Shown: one piece after another, positions 1 to 10,323 of the stretch
How the letters are laid out: every line of letters starts with the position of its first letter
Position numbering within the stretch: the stretch's first letter is position 1
NCBI GenBank assembly: GCA_963840035.1
Contig: CAWIXE010000002.1
Location: 1,184,001 to 1,248,000 of the forward strand
DNA: 64,000 nucleotides
Direction: 5' to 3'
Source: a candidate division FCPU426 bacterium
GTDB taxonomy: Bacteria > Oederibacteriota > PGYV01 > Palsa-1178
Notes under the pieces: generated by a model
Databases searched by the model: none
Seen by the model: only the letters and a program-made list of their open reading frames with translations
What the model was told of the DNA's origin: nothing
Program-made: the position numbers and the translations under genes

Positions 1-1578
1 GAGCATGGTTTCAGTTTCATAAAGTATGTTGTCGGCAAGCATAGCCGCGATGATTAAAGGCGCGTACAGCACCGGAATCAGGCAATGATCATGGCTCCTG
101 CCGTTGTAATAAGCGAATATTGTGACGCCTAGCGCGGAGACCAGAAACATTACGGTATGCATGTAGCTGCTCATATCGCTTTTTTTCCGGAACAGACCTC
201 CGAGCGATACGGCAAATCCAGCGGCAATCATAACAGCCGCGAGGTTCCACTGGTGGAAAAGCGGCATTTTAATGGATAAGAAGTCATTAAAGTAGAACAT
301 TTGCTGGTACTTAAGCAGCTCCATGAAATTCGGGAATATTCCCCTCCTTAAAAAAACCAGGGCCCCGAAGATCACAAATGCCAGAACCGCAATTACGGCG
401 AAATTCAGCGCGTGAAACGCGAATTGCCTGAGCACGCTTTTATAAAAGTCGCGGGTTTTAATGTATTTCTGGATGTCTGAGAATACAAGCGCCGCGCCCC
501 ATGAAAAAAGCGCCATAATTCCGGTATCGGGATTCCACAGTATGCCGAATGACAGCAGGACCGTAATAACATAATACAAAGAAGTCTTCCTGTTCTTAAA
601 GTATATGGCGCCGAGGAACAATAACAGGACAGGAACAATAACCCTCAGCGGCAAATACTGAAAATATTCAGCTCCGGCAAAATCAACCGCGAAAGCCACG
701 TAACTGTAGAAAAATACCGACATGGCGGCAATGAACGCCAGCAGCCTGTTTTTGAGGACGCCGCGCAAAAAATAATATATCAGTATAAAGCACGCGCATA
801 TCAATGAATGCATTACAAATTCAAGGTTCCACAGCTGCTCATTGCCCATGAGCCGGAATATCGGCTCAAGAAAATGGCCGTATAACCCGTACTGGACGGG
901 AAAATCCACAAGGGCCGCCCGCCCGTTCATAATCTGCGTAATGGAATAAAAGAACGCGTTTAAATTACCCGGGGCGCCGACAACGGTAAATTTCTCATAG
1001 GAAGCCCCCACAATAATTATAATGGCAAGAAAATCAAGAAAATAACCGAAGTACTTCATTTTTATCCTGGAAATTACCGACTTTATCTCATCAACAAAAG
1101 CCGTAAAAAACACAAGCGAAAAAAGGCACGCTATTGGCACAAAAACAAGCGGGTGCAAATGCAGCTCGGTGCCGTATATATAGTTATATTCCGAATCCCG
1201 CATCTTCAGGCCAAATACCTTTATGGTTAATATGATCACCACGGCCGCAGTCAAACCGGCGGCAATCTGCGCGAGGAGGTTATACCTGGCGCCGCTTATC
1301 TTATCCGAAAACTTATCGGCAGCCGACCTGAATGCCAGAAAAAACGCGGGTATAAAAAAAGCGCTTAAAATATAGATCGTCTTATCCGACGCGTCGGAAT
1401 TAAAAAAAGCTGCCGACGGGTTTGACTTTAAGATGACTACAAACAGCAGGTATGACAGCGCCCATGCCAGAACCACAAGGGAAACAGCAAGAAATATGGA
1501 AACCGCGTCGAGAAAATAATATTTTTTCAGTACGTCCGCTTCTTTTTGCGCCATCACCGGCTTTTCGATTTTATTCAT
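1..1578 (-). CDS. Polytopic membrane protein, possibly GT-C glycosyltransferase/polymerase-like; runs off the window's left edge
   Basis: Absent from the ORF track. ATG at 1576-1578 with GGAGGA RBS at 1581-1586. Manual translation MNKIEKPVMAQKEADVLKKYYFLDAVSIFLAVSLVVLAWALSYLLF..., frame open in the segments checked including bases 1-60 (PLIIAAMLADNILYETETML). Many hydrophobic segments; lies in the glycan locus. Confidence 0.7.
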   Translation of the reverse strand, partial: MNKIEKPVMAQKEADVLKKYYFLDAVSIFLAVSLVVLAWALSYLLFVVILKSNPSAAFFNSDASDKTIYILSAFFIPAFFLAFRSAADKFSDKISGARYNLLAQIAAGLTAAVVIILTIKVFGLKMRDSEYNYIYGTELHLHPLVFVPIACLFSLVFFTAFVDEIKSVISRIKMKYFGYFLDFLAIIIIVGASYEKFTVVGAPGNLNAFFYSITQIMNGRAALVDFPVQYGLYGHFLEPIFRLMGNEQLWNLEFVMHSLICACFILIYYFLRGVLKNRLLAFIAAMSVFFYSYVAFAVDFAGAEYFQYLPLRVIVPVLLLFLGAIYFKNRKTSLYYVITVLLSFGILWNPDTGIMALFSWGAALVFSDIQKYIKTRDFYKSVLRQFAFHALNFAVIAVLAFVIFGALVFLRRGIFPNFMELLKYQQMFYFNDFLSIKMPLFHQWNLAAVMIAAGFAVSLGGLFRKKSDMSSYMHTVMFLVSALGVTIFAYYNGRSHDHCLIPVLYAPLIIAAMLADNILYETETML

Positions 1579-1743
1579 GGTCCTCCCGAAAACAAACATC
1601 AATTTTATTTGAAACATTCATCCGCTTAAACGGCACGGCTTTTACACGCGCAATTGCCTGATATATACCTATAAAGTATGGTAATTATCTCATTTTTGCT
1701 TTTTTATATCAAGCCAATATTAAACCCGGGAGGGGCCTCTTTT

Positions 1744-3540
1744 TTACCGGAATTTGTTCTCTTCCATTTCTTTTTCCGGCAGGAACGGATACATATCGTG
1801 CAATGGCGCTGACTGCATCTTACCGTCCGGCAGGATCTTTGAGGATGACTTTGGCGCGAAATTCTGCCTTCCGTCCACAACCACCTCGCATAATACCGGC
1901 CCTTTTTCGCCCAACGCCGCCTCTATTTCCGCTTCCATGGCTGTTTCAGAGCTGATTTTTATATACTTCATGGAGTTTGCTGCGGCAATAAGCGAAAAAT
2001 CAGGGAAACCGAGCCCGCTTTCCCTGCCAATGCCGGCAAACCTTTTATTAAAAAAGTTCTCCTGTGTCTGCCTTATGGACAGGTAGCCGCCGTTATTTAT
2101 GATAAAAACCTTCACCGGAAAACGGTTGTACGACAGCGTCTGAAGTTCCTGGATGTTCATCATGATACTTCCATCCCCTTCCACGCATATCACCTGCCTG
2201 CCGTCTCCTGCCGCGCACGCGCCTATGGACGCCGGCAGGCCATAGCCCATGGAAGCGCACCCGCTGTTCGTAAAAAGCCGCTGGCCCTTTTTTATTACAG
2301 CGGTCTGAAATGAAATTACGCAGGCGGAGCCGTTTGCCGTAACCGTCACCTGCCCCTCGGGGAGCCTGCGGTATAATTTATCAAGGAAAATATAGGGATT
2401 TAGGGCATTTTCATGCCTTACCGCCTCATTTATAACCGGGTATTTTTTATTTATGGCGCCGCACCAGCTGAGCCACCTGTCGTGTCCCGGCGACGCTTTC
2501 CTGTATCCGCTGGCTATCATCTTTGAGAGGAAATCCCCGCAGTCGCACAATACCGGCATGTCAACTGGAAAAGTTTGCTTTTTAAGTTCAGCTTCGTCTA
2601 TGTCTATCATTATCTTATAGGCCCCTGGCGCTATCTGCCCTTTGGCGTAACCGATCTGCCTTAAGTTCATCCTGCAGCCGATAACGAGCAGGAGGTCCGC
2701 ATTCTGAAAAACAAAATTCCCGCCCCTTGTCCCCACCGTCCCGGGCCGCCCGGCGTAAAGCGGGTTAGAATCTTCCACAAGGTCATTGGAGTTCCACGCC
2801 GTCATGACCGGTATGTTTGAGAGCCTGACGAATTCGTTGAACTTGTTAAATGCGCCGCTTAACCTCACGCCCGCGCCGGCTATAATGGCAGGGCGCTTCG
2901 CGGCGTCCAGTTTTTTTATGATCTCATCCAGGCGCTCCCGCGTGAGCTCCGCCGGCACCTGTGAAGAATCTTCAGCACGGTCATATGCCGCAAGCGCGCC
3001 GGTTTCCACCGGAGCTGCCTGCACATCCAGCGGGATATCCACCCACACCGGGCCCGGCCTGCCGTTTTTGGCAATAAACAGCGCTTTTTCAAGGTGGTAT
3101 CCTATGGTTATAGGGTCGGTAACCATTACGGAATATTTTGTCATGGTCTTAACCGTGTCAGTGATGTTAAATTCCTGGTCGCCCAGCTGCCTTAATCCGA
3201 TTTCCGGGACAGACTTTATGGTTGCCTCAAATTTCACCTGACCAGAAATTACCAGCATGGGCACTGAATCCAGCCACGCCCCCAGAACTCCGGTTAAAGC
3301 ATTTGTCCCGCCCGGCCCCGTGGTCACGCACACAAGAGGCATAATGCCCGAAGCTTTATAATAACCTTCCGCCGCGATTGCCGCGGCCTGTTCATGATGG
3401 GTATATACGCATTTTAACCCCGGATGGTTTCCCAGCGCGTCATTTAAGTGCATGGCGCCGCCCCCGGTTACCGTAAAAACATGTTTAATACCTTTTTCGA
3501 CGCACCATTGCGCTATGTAATCAGCGGTCTTAATTTTCAT
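1744..3540 (-). CDS. Thiamine-diphosphate-dependent acetolactate-synthase-like enzyme (YerE-like sugar C-branching candidate)
   Basis: HHEQAAAIAAEGY, VTTGPGGTN, GQV and the ThDP motif GDGSIMMNIQELQT...NN; located in a CDP-sugar cluster. Confidence 0.85.
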   Translation of the reverse strand: MKIKTADYIAQWCVEKGIKHVFTVTGGGAMHLNDALGNHPGLKCVYTHHEQAAAIAAEGYYKASGIMPLVCVTTGPGGTNALTGVLGAWLDSVPMLVISGQVKFEATIKSVPEIGLRQLGDQEFNITDTVKTMTKYSVMVTDPITIGYHLEKALFIAKNGRPGPVWVDIPLDVQAAPVETGALAAYDRAEDSSQVPAELTRERLDEIIKKLDAAKRPAIIAGAGVRLSGAFNKFNEFVRLSNIPVMTAWNSNDLVEDSNPLYAGRPGTVGTRGGNFVFQNADLLLVIGCRMNLRQIGYAKGQIAPGAYKIMIDIDEAELKKQTFPVDMPVLCDCGDFLSKMIASGYRKASPGHDRWLSWCGAINKKYPVINEAVRHENALNPYIFLDKLYRRLPEGQVTVTANGSACVISFQTAVIKKGQRLFTNSGCASMGYGLPASIGACAAGDGRQVICVEGDGSIMMNIQELQTLSYNRFPVKVFIINNGGYLSIRQTQENFFNKRFAGIGRESGLGFPDFSLIAAANSMKYIKISSETAMEAEIEAALGEKGPVLCEVVVDGRQNFAPKSSSKILPDGKMQSAPLHDMYPFLPEKEMEENKFR

Positions 3541-3569
3541 TTAATTATCTCCTCATTAAAAATTCGGGT

Positions 3570-5264
3570 TCAGGATTTTGCCCGGGGTTTTTCCTTGCCC
3601 GTGATGCCTGACGCCATAAGCAGCAACAGGAATACGGTCATGAGCACAGGCCGGACTATGCCGTCCTGCCCGACTACAGCCCTTAAGATGTAATATCTGC
3701 CGGGAATCATTATCAATGCGAATAATAAAGCGTAAAATATATCAAGCCGGCTTTTCCCTTTATGCGCCACGAACAATAAAAGCGGTAAAACAAGGGCGAT
3801 GAGCCCGCAATCGTTTGAAATAAACGGCAGCAGTATCGCCGCGAGCAAAAAAACCGTTATTTTCTCCCAGACCGGGCGCGAAGCGGCCCTGAAGGCATAT
3901 ATCAGTACCATGGCAAAAAGGCAAACCGCGATGTATGGATAAGCGGTAAAAAGAGACATGACCGGGATTTTGGCCCCGGACAATATCAGTAATTCTTTCA
4001 AAGCGCTGTAAAGGCTGGAGCTGTAATACCCTCCCTGGTCGCCTATGACAGACCGTACATTGTAAGCAAGCGCGGGGTTCAGGTAATTATCATAAACGGC
4101 TTTATAAAGCGCCCCGCCCTTAGCGGCCAGAAGTATCAGGGCCGCGGCCGCGGGCAGATATTTTAAATATTTTCCGTATTTTTTTAATAAGGTATTTTTC
4201 CAGTTTTCAAGCGCTGCAAAAAAAGCCTCCGCGTCCTTCTTTTCATAAACAACGGCCTCAACCAGGCGCCGGAAAAAGAAAAACAGGGCAATACAGGCCG
4301 CAAAAAACAAAAGCAGCAGCAGATTAAAGCCGTCTGTCGCCGTGCCTGCCGTCGGATAAATGATCCGCTTTAAAACGGCGCCCAGCTGCCAGCCGGCGCC
4401 TATAAAAAGAGCCAGTGAAAAAACTTCCCTGTACTTCTTTTCGCTTAAAAACAGCAGTATGGGGACGATTGCATAAACAGGCTGACAGAGGGCCGCAACC
4501 GCGAAAACAGCGGAGCTTAAAATAAATTTTTTGCCCATAAAGAGCATCATGGCAAGCGTCAGCAGGATGAAGGCATACATTTCATGATTTCCCCTGTCTA
4601 TGTTAAAAAGGAACGGGTAAGTAAAGAAAGATATTATCAGGGCATGAATAAAAGCCTCATTTTTCAGACCTTCAATCCCCTTTATAAATGAATACGCAAA
4701 AACAAGAAGCCCAATAGCAAAGACAAGCCCGTATACCGCATAAGCGGCGCCGGCGTTATTACGGAAAAACTGCCATAAGACTGCGTAAATAAGATTGTCA
4801 GGGTTGTTCATCCAAGGCTGGTATTCCCCCCGGAAATTAACGGTAAAAGCCATATAATAGTTGTTAAAATCGCTGAACTTCTCAGCCGGGTTGGATAAAA
4901 AAGTGCTGTCCGGGTAAGGTTTTGGCCAGTATATAAAAGCGCAGTAAGTATATGCTGCGGCAGCGATAAACCCAATAAGCACAATCGCGCTAATCACGCG
5001 CGCTTTATCAGCGCCAGTGATTATCTTATTATGATAAGACGCGTACACATATAAAATAAAAAGACAAACCAGGTATATAAGATTGATTCTCACAACGCCC
5101 GAAAAAACAATGGAACCCGGAATCAATGAATTAATAACGAGGAGGGCTGATATCCCGGCAATTACGACCCCCCATTTTATATCAAAATCGGGTATAAACC
5201 AGCCCGGAGTTTTCTTGATTGGCGCCTGTGTTTTTATAGCTTTTTTATTTTTTGCGATAGCCAT
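3570..5264 (-). CDS. GT-C fold membrane glycosyltransferase (GT87/DUF2029-like)
   Basis: More than 10 hydrophobic segments; KFSDF and NIDRGNHE motifs; clear paralog of 15619..17277. Confidence 0.65.
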   Translation of the reverse strand: MAIAKNKKAIKTQAPIKKTPGWFIPDFDIKWGVVIAGISALLVINSLIPGSIVFSGVVRINLIYLVCLFILYVYASYHNKIITGADKARVISAIVLIGFIAAAAYTYCAFIYWPKPYPDSTFLSNPAEKFSDFNNYYMAFTVNFRGEYQPWMNNPDNLIYAVLWQFFRNNAGAAYAVYGLVFAIGLLVFAYSFIKGIEGLKNEAFIHALIISFFTYPFLFNIDRGNHEMYAFILLTLAMMLFMGKKFILSSAVFAVAALCQPVYAIVPILLFLSEKKYREVFSLALFIGAGWQLGAVLKRIIYPTAGTATDGFNLLLLLFFAACIALFFFFRRLVEAVVYEKKDAEAFFAALENWKNTLLKKYGKYLKYLPAAAALILLAAKGGALYKAVYDNYLNPALAYNVRSVIGDQGGYYSSSLYSALKELLILSGAKIPVMSLFTAYPYIAVCLFAMVLIYAFRAASRPVWEKITVFLLAAILLPFISNDCGLIALVLPLLLFVAHKGKSRLDIFYALLFALIMIPGRYYILRAVVGQDGIVRPVLMTVFLLLLMASGITGKEKPRAKS

Positions 5265-5465
5265 ATCACTCCCGTTAGTTTATTGCGTGTTTAATCAAAA
5301 AAAACTGCGGCAAAACGCGCCATAAATCAATACATTTTATAATAACGCCTGATTAATATCAACCGCAAACAAAACCGCATAAATCGCGGCCTTATGGGGA
5401 TATCAGGGCGCGTATAAGCGCAAAACATAAAAATCAAAAATAAAAATCACCGGGCACATTTCGCC

Positions 5466-6473
5466 CTAAATTTTATCCTTACCTGAAGACCTTATCCATT
5501 CAACAAATTTCCCCAAACCGGTTTCAATGGCCGTGGAAGGTTTAAACCCAGTGTCTTTTACAAGGTCATCTATGTCAGCAAAAGTCTTATACACATCGCC
5601 TTTCTGCATTGGGCAGAACTCAATTACCGCTTTTTTCCCAAGACAAACCTCAAGGATGCCGATAAAGTCAGTCAATTTTACAGGCTTGTTATTCCCTATG
5701 TTATAAATCTTGTATGGTATATCCTGTTTGGAAAGCGCGGCTGACTTTTCAATAACCGCAAGAACGCCGGATACTATATCATCGATATACGTGAAATCCC
5801 TGTACATATCGCCGTTATTAAAGACCCTGATAGGCTTGCCCTTTAAAATATCCATGGTGAAATTATAATAAGCCATGTCGGGCCTGCCATATGGCCCGTA
5901 AACCGTAAAAAAACGCAACCCGGTTGAAGGAAACTTGAAAAGGCTGCTGTAGGCGTGCGCCATTAACTCATCAGCTTTTTTTGTGGCGCCATACAGGCTG
6001 ACCGGAGAATCTGTCTTATCCCCGGTGGAGAATGGCACCTTAGTGTTTGCCCCATAGACCGAACTTGAGGAAGCGAAAACAAGGTGCTTAACCGCGTTAT
6101 GCCTGCAGGCTTCCAGTATGTTAAGAAATCCGTTTATGTTTGAATTAACATATAGGTCCGGATTATCAAGGCTGTGCCTGACCCCTGCCTGTGCCGCAAG
6201 ATGCACAACAATATCCGTTTTATGTTTTTTTATAACTCCGAATAATTTTGTCTTATCCTCCAGGCTTCCCTTATAAAAAGTAAAATTCGGGTATGTTTTA
6301 AGTATTTTTAACCTGCTTATTTTAAGTCCGGTGTCATAGTAATCGTTGATATTATCGAAGCCAATTACATCAGCGCCCTTTTCAAGCAGCGCCTTTGAGA
6401 CGTGCATCCCGATAAATCCCGCAGCCCCTGTAACGAGGTAACCTGAACCTGCCGACTTCAGTTTTTTTCCCAA
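5466..6473 (-). CDS. NAD-dependent epimerase, UDP-glucuronate 4-epimerase-like
   Basis: GAAGFIG, HLAAQAGVR, YGATK (YxxxK), LRFFTVYGPYGRPDMA. TTG start. Confidence 0.9.
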   Translation of the reverse strand: MGKKLKSAGSGYLVTGAAGFIGMHVSKALLEKGADVIGFDNINDYYDTGLKISRLKILKTYPNFTFYKGSLEDKTKLFGVIKKHKTDIVVHLAAQAGVRHSLDNPDLYVNSNINGFLNILEACRHNAVKHLVFASSSSVYGANTKVPFSTGDKTDSPVSLYGATKKADELMAHAYSSLFKFPSTGLRFFTVYGPYGRPDMAYYNFTMDILKGKPIRVFNNGDMYRDFTYIDDIVSGVLAVIEKSAALSKQDIPYKIYNIGNNKPVKLTDFIGILEVCLGKKAVIEFCPMQKGDVYKTFADIDDLVKDTGFKPSTAIETGLGKFVEWIRSSGKDKI

Positions 6474-6513
6474 TTCGCCTGCCCCCGCTGTATTTTTTTT
6501 ATTATATCATAAA

Positions 6514-7524
6514 CTATAGTACTTTTCCCCTCCGGCCGGATCCCCTTTGCGTCTGATTCTTAATTATTACCGTATCCAAAAACCATCCCGACAAAGCGCC
6601 TGTGAGCTGTAGCGCAAACACTACAAGCGATAAGGCCAGGGCTTTTTCGCCCGGTATTCCAAAAAAGCCAAGCAGGCCGACTATGCCGCCTTCCCTTAAG
6701 CCAAGCCCCCCGACGGTTATCGGCAGCAGGAGAAGCAACGACACCGACCCATATATCCAGCACCAGTCAAAAATGGCAATATCAAATCCGGCGGCCGCCG
6801 ATATAAAAACATAGATCAGCACGCACAACAGATGAAAAACAAGACCAATTGCCATGCTTGCAAATATGCGTGACAGGTTTTTTGAGTATTCTTTATATGA
6901 AGACATTATAAGATTAATGCTGGAAAAAAAACCGGGCATTACCTTTCCTTTACCCCGGGCCGCGTCAACAAACCTTACGGCCGAACCGTATACAGCCGGA
7001 ATCCTGAGCAAAAATAAAATCAAGGTCATGACAAAAAACAGCGCAATAAATGAGGCCGTTATTAATACAGGCACTTTTGCCTTAGATACCGCTATACCGG
7101 CCAGCGCAAGGGCTATCAGCGGTATGATTGCGGTAAGTTTATCTACAACTACGGACGCGGCTATTAGTTCCGCATCCTTTTTGCCTTTTCCCAGCTTGTA
7201 TGCTTTTACAACATCACCTGCCAGCTGACCCGGAAGCGCCAGTGAATAATACAGCCCTATCAGGCTGTATTTTAAAAGGCTGGCATAAGGATATCGGGGT
7301 ATGAGAATCTTCCATTTTAATACCATTATCAATATGGCGGCAGTATAGATAACCGTGGATAACACAAAATAATTAATGTTAATTGCCCTTAAAAACTCGG
7401 TCAGCGCGCCAAAATTCATCCTTGAAAACACTAAAAACAAAAACACTGCAGTGACGGCTATTTTTGCCGCGGTAACGGCATATTGCCTTAATTTATTTTT
7501 ATCTGCCATTTTCAGCCTGCTCAT
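6514..7524 (-). CDS. Lysylphosphatidylglycerol-synthase-TM/UPF0104 flippase-like membrane protein
   Basis: LPGQLAGDVVK, SVVVDK and LPITVGGLGLREG motifs; multi-TM. Alternative start at 7509. Confidence 0.8.
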   Translation of the reverse strand: MSRLKMADKNKLRQYAVTAAKIAVTAVFLFLVFSRMNFGALTEFLRAININYFVLSTVIYTAAILIMVLKWKILIPRYPYASLLKYSLIGLYYSLALPGQLAGDVVKAYKLGKGKKDAELIAASVVVDKLTAIIPLIALALAGIAVSKAKVPVLITASFIALFFVMTLILFLLRIPAVYGSAVRFVDAARGKGKVMPGFFSSINLIMSSYKEYSKNLSRIFASMAIGLVFHLLCVLIYVFISAAAGFDIAIFDWCWIYGSVSLLLLLPITVGGLGLREGGIVGLLGFFGIPGEKALALSLVVFALQLTGALSGWFLDTVIIKNQTQRGSGRRGKVL

Positions 7525-8404
7525 TTGATTTCCTGATGGTTAATATTATAGGATCAAAAACCCCTGTCAAAACACATATTTTAGCGGCCAGGCCGTTTAT
7601 TTTGAGCGTTTTTAATAAATTCACCGCCTTTTTCACGATAGACAACCCGCCCCAGGCTTCAAAATCAAGGTTAAGCATGCGCTCGTAGAACGTCCCTTCC
7701 CCAAAAGAAAGAACCTCGAACTTATATTTTCGCGATAATTGTTTAAGGTTTTTTTTAGTCCAGCCCATATTTAATTCAGTCCTTATGGTTTTTGCGAATG
7801 AATTATCCCTTCCGCAAACATGCTTTATGTACCACGGGAAGAAAGCCTTGAAAAAAACAGGCGGATGGAATACGGCATAGTGCCCGTCAAAAAAGGAATG
7901 GTAATTCGGGTAAACAAACTGAAGCAGCCCGCCGGGTTTTAAGACCCGCATTGATTCCGCAAGGACCAATGCCGGGTCAGTTGTATGTTCAAGGGCATTT
8001 GTAGAATATACTATATCAAAGGAATTATCATCAAACGGTATTTTCTCGCCAACAGCGTTCACTATTCTTCCCGGGTCTATGCCGTTTACTTCAAATAATT
8101 TTTTTGATATTTTAAGGGATGCCTTAAAACCTTCAGAATCCGGTTCTATGCCATAGCCATCTGCTTGATAGTCTTTAATCCATCCGGCCAGATTCACGCC
8201 CAGCCCCGACCCCACTTCAAGCAGCTTCATGCCCTTTAGGCTCTGGAATTTGGATAATATCCCGTATTGCCTGGCAGATTTAACAGGATTAATGCTGTCT
8301 TTTGCTGCCTGCTCAACCGATATGCCTTTCATCTGCAGCATGGGCATAAGTTCAAGCCACTGCGCATGCACCATTTTTTGTATTTCATCATTAATCAGGA
8401 TCAT
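7499..8404 (-). CDS. Class I SAM-dependent methyltransferase
   Basis: LLEVGSGLG, IPFDDNSFDIV, LEH, RVLKPGG. Confidence 0.85.
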   Translation of the reverse strand: MILINDEIQKMVHAQWLELMPMLQMKGISVEQAAKDSINPVKSARQYGILSKFQSLKGMKLLEVGSGLGVNLAGWIKDYQADGYGIEPDSEGFKASLKISKKLFEVNGIDPGRIVNAVGEKIPFDDNSFDIVYSTNALEHTTDPALVLAESMRVLKPGGLLQFVYPNYHSFFDGHYAVFHPPVFFKAFFPWYIKHVCGRDNSFAKTIRTELNMGWTKKNLKQLSRKYKFEVLSFGEGTFYERMLNLDFEAWGGLSIVKKAVNLLKTLKINGLAAKICVLTGVFDPIILTIRKSNEQAENGR

Positions 8405-9171
8405 GCATGCCTCTTTTTTATATCCCTGATAAAAAGCCCTATAAATTCGTCGCCAAAATGCCTCTTTGTCGAGAAATACCTGAAAGTAATGTATATGATA
8501 AAAGATATCATTTTTTTAAACGCGCTGTATTTTCCAAGAGAAAAACCGTCATTGCCCATATTAACAACGTTGCATAAGTCCCTGTAAATCGGCGAATAAA
8601 ACGGGAACCCGGCATAATACAATGTTACCGGGACAAACCCAAACTTTTTCATTTGCTCTTCAACCTGCCCTTTGGCAAAATTCCTGGCATGACCCACATT
8701 TTTTTCAAACGGCCTCATTCTTCCTGTCGGGAAAGAAATCATAACATATTTTTTTGACGACTTACAAATTTTTCCTAACAAAGTCTCCCATTTCCCCACA
8801 TGCTCAAGCACTTCAAAACAGGTTATCAGATCATATTTTTTTATCATTAATGAAATATTTCTATTATCCAGCGCAAATTCCAAATTAGACAGTTTATAAT
8901 TCATTTTTCCGCACTTAATTCCTGTGTTGCTGAAATCAACGCCTTTTATCTGTGCCTGTGGAAAAGCTTTTGCAAGGTTATACGCAATTGTGCCCTCCCC
9001 GCATCCCACATCAAGAATATGTTTTATGCCGCTATCATATATGATCATTTTTAAAATGTTAAAAACAAGGCTTCTGTGCCAATGTGAAGCAGGACCGTAT
9101 ATCTTCTGATCCACAAAACGCGCCCAGTTCGTATCATAAAATTCCTTATTTTTTTTTGTTGCTTTATCCAT
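8401..9171 (-). CDS. Class I SAM-dependent methyltransferase
   Basis: ILDVGCGEG, GVDFS, YDLITCFEVLEHV. Confidence 0.85.
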   Translation of the reverse strand: MDKATKKNKEFYDTNWARFVDQKIYGPASHWHRSLVFNILKMIIYDSGIKHILDVGCGEGTIAYNLAKAFPQAQIKGVDFSNTGIKCGKMNYKLSNLEFALDNRNISLMIKKYDLITCFEVLEHVGKWETLLGKICKSSKKYVMISFPTGRMRPFEKNVGHARNFAKGQVEEQMKKFGFVPVTLYYAGFPFYSPIYRDLCNVVNMGNDGFSLGKYSAFKKMISFIIYITFRYFSTKRHFGDEFIGLFIRDIKKRHA

Positions 9172-10303
9172 TTACCCCGCCTCTAAAAATACCGGCATAT
9201 TGTGAAGCCGTGTACTTCCAAGAAAAATTTTTAACGGCAATATCACGTGAAACTCTTCCCATTTCAGCAGCTTTCTTCCTGTCGAATAGAAATGCAGTCA
9301 ATTTTTCCAGCATTTCCTCGGGTTTATCAAGGTCAAACAACAGCCCGTTTTTACCATTTTTTACAAGTTCGTTATTTCCCTCTATATTACTTGCTATAAT
9401 CGGCAGGCCACACGACATCGCCTCCAGTACGGCGTTGGGCATGCCTTCATATACAGAAGGATTTATAAAGCAATCAGCCTTTTGATATTCATTACGTAAT
9501 TCATCTTTTGTTTTCCAGTCAAGTACAAATACAGAATTACTAAGCCCATTCTGAATTATAAATGCTTCAATTTTGGCTTTTAATGGTCCTCCACCTATCA
9601 AAGTTAACATGAAAGACGGTGTTCCCTTCAAATTGACTTTCTTAATGCTATTTAGCAGGAATAATAGATTCTTTTGCTTATGAAACCTACCTACAAACAA
9701 AAAATTGAAAATTTTATCAGGTTTTCTTTCCGAAGGGCAGTAAAAATCCGTATCTACCCCATTTGGAATAACCCTTACTTCAAAAGGATCAGCTATTTCA
9801 GATTTAAGCTTAAGGCCATCAGAATTTGCAACAATAGCCGCCGCATTTTTTAAGACATTACGCCTGATTGGAGATAAAAGGAAATATATCAAGCCGAGCT
9901 CCTTTTCAGTGCCAGGTACATCGCCACCGCGCAGGGATATTATGTAATTTATACGCATCTTGTTTTTTATATATAGCGCAATAGGTCCGCACGGAATTGA
10001 AAAAAAAGAAATAACTCCGTTTATTTTTTCCTTTTGTACTATCTGTATGGAACTAAGAAAAGCCGACAGCACAAATGCTGCCATTTCGAAAATATTGCTC
10101 CTATCGAGTCTTGCGCGCATCGATGGAATCCTGTATATATTTACACCCTTTTCACTTGAAAAGCCTTTTAATTTTTTAAAAGCAGATGTTATAACAGTAA
10201 CATTATGTCCGAGTTTTACAAGCGACTCAGCGATATAATATGTAGCATTTGACGCCCCACCGCCCGTGGGCGGATATTCATAATTAATTAAAAGTATATT
10301 CAT
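9164..10303 (-). CDS. GT4 family glycosyltransferase
   Basis: YEYPPTGGG, IPNGVD, VGRFHKQK, EGMPNAVLEAMSCGLP. Confidence 0.9.
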   Translation of the reverse strand: MNILLINYEYPPTGGGASNATYYIAESLVKLGHNVTVITSAFKKLKGFSSEKGVNIYRIPSMRARLDRSNIFEMAAFVLSAFLSSIQIVQKEKINGVISFFSIPCGPIALYIKNKMRINYIISLRGGDVPGTEKELGLIYFLLSPIRRNVLKNAAAIVANSDGLKLKSEIADPFEVRVIPNGVDTDFYCPSERKPDKIFNFLFVGRFHKQKNLLFLLNSIKKVNLKGTPSFMLTLIGGGPLKAKIEAFIIQNGLSNSVFVLDWKTKDELRNEYQKADCFINPSVYEGMPNAVLEAMSCGLPIIASNIEGNNELVKNGKNGLLFDLDKPEEMLEKLTAFLFDRKKAAEMGRVSRDIAVKNFSWKYTASQYAGIFRGGVNG

Positions 10304-10323
10304 CTCGCCTCATATTCTAAGAT

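Noticed and set aside
1744..3540. Assignment as housekeeping ilvB
   Set aside because: No small subunit or ilvC/ilvD nearby, and the CDP-sugar context favours a sugar-modifying paralog, so no gene symbol is given.
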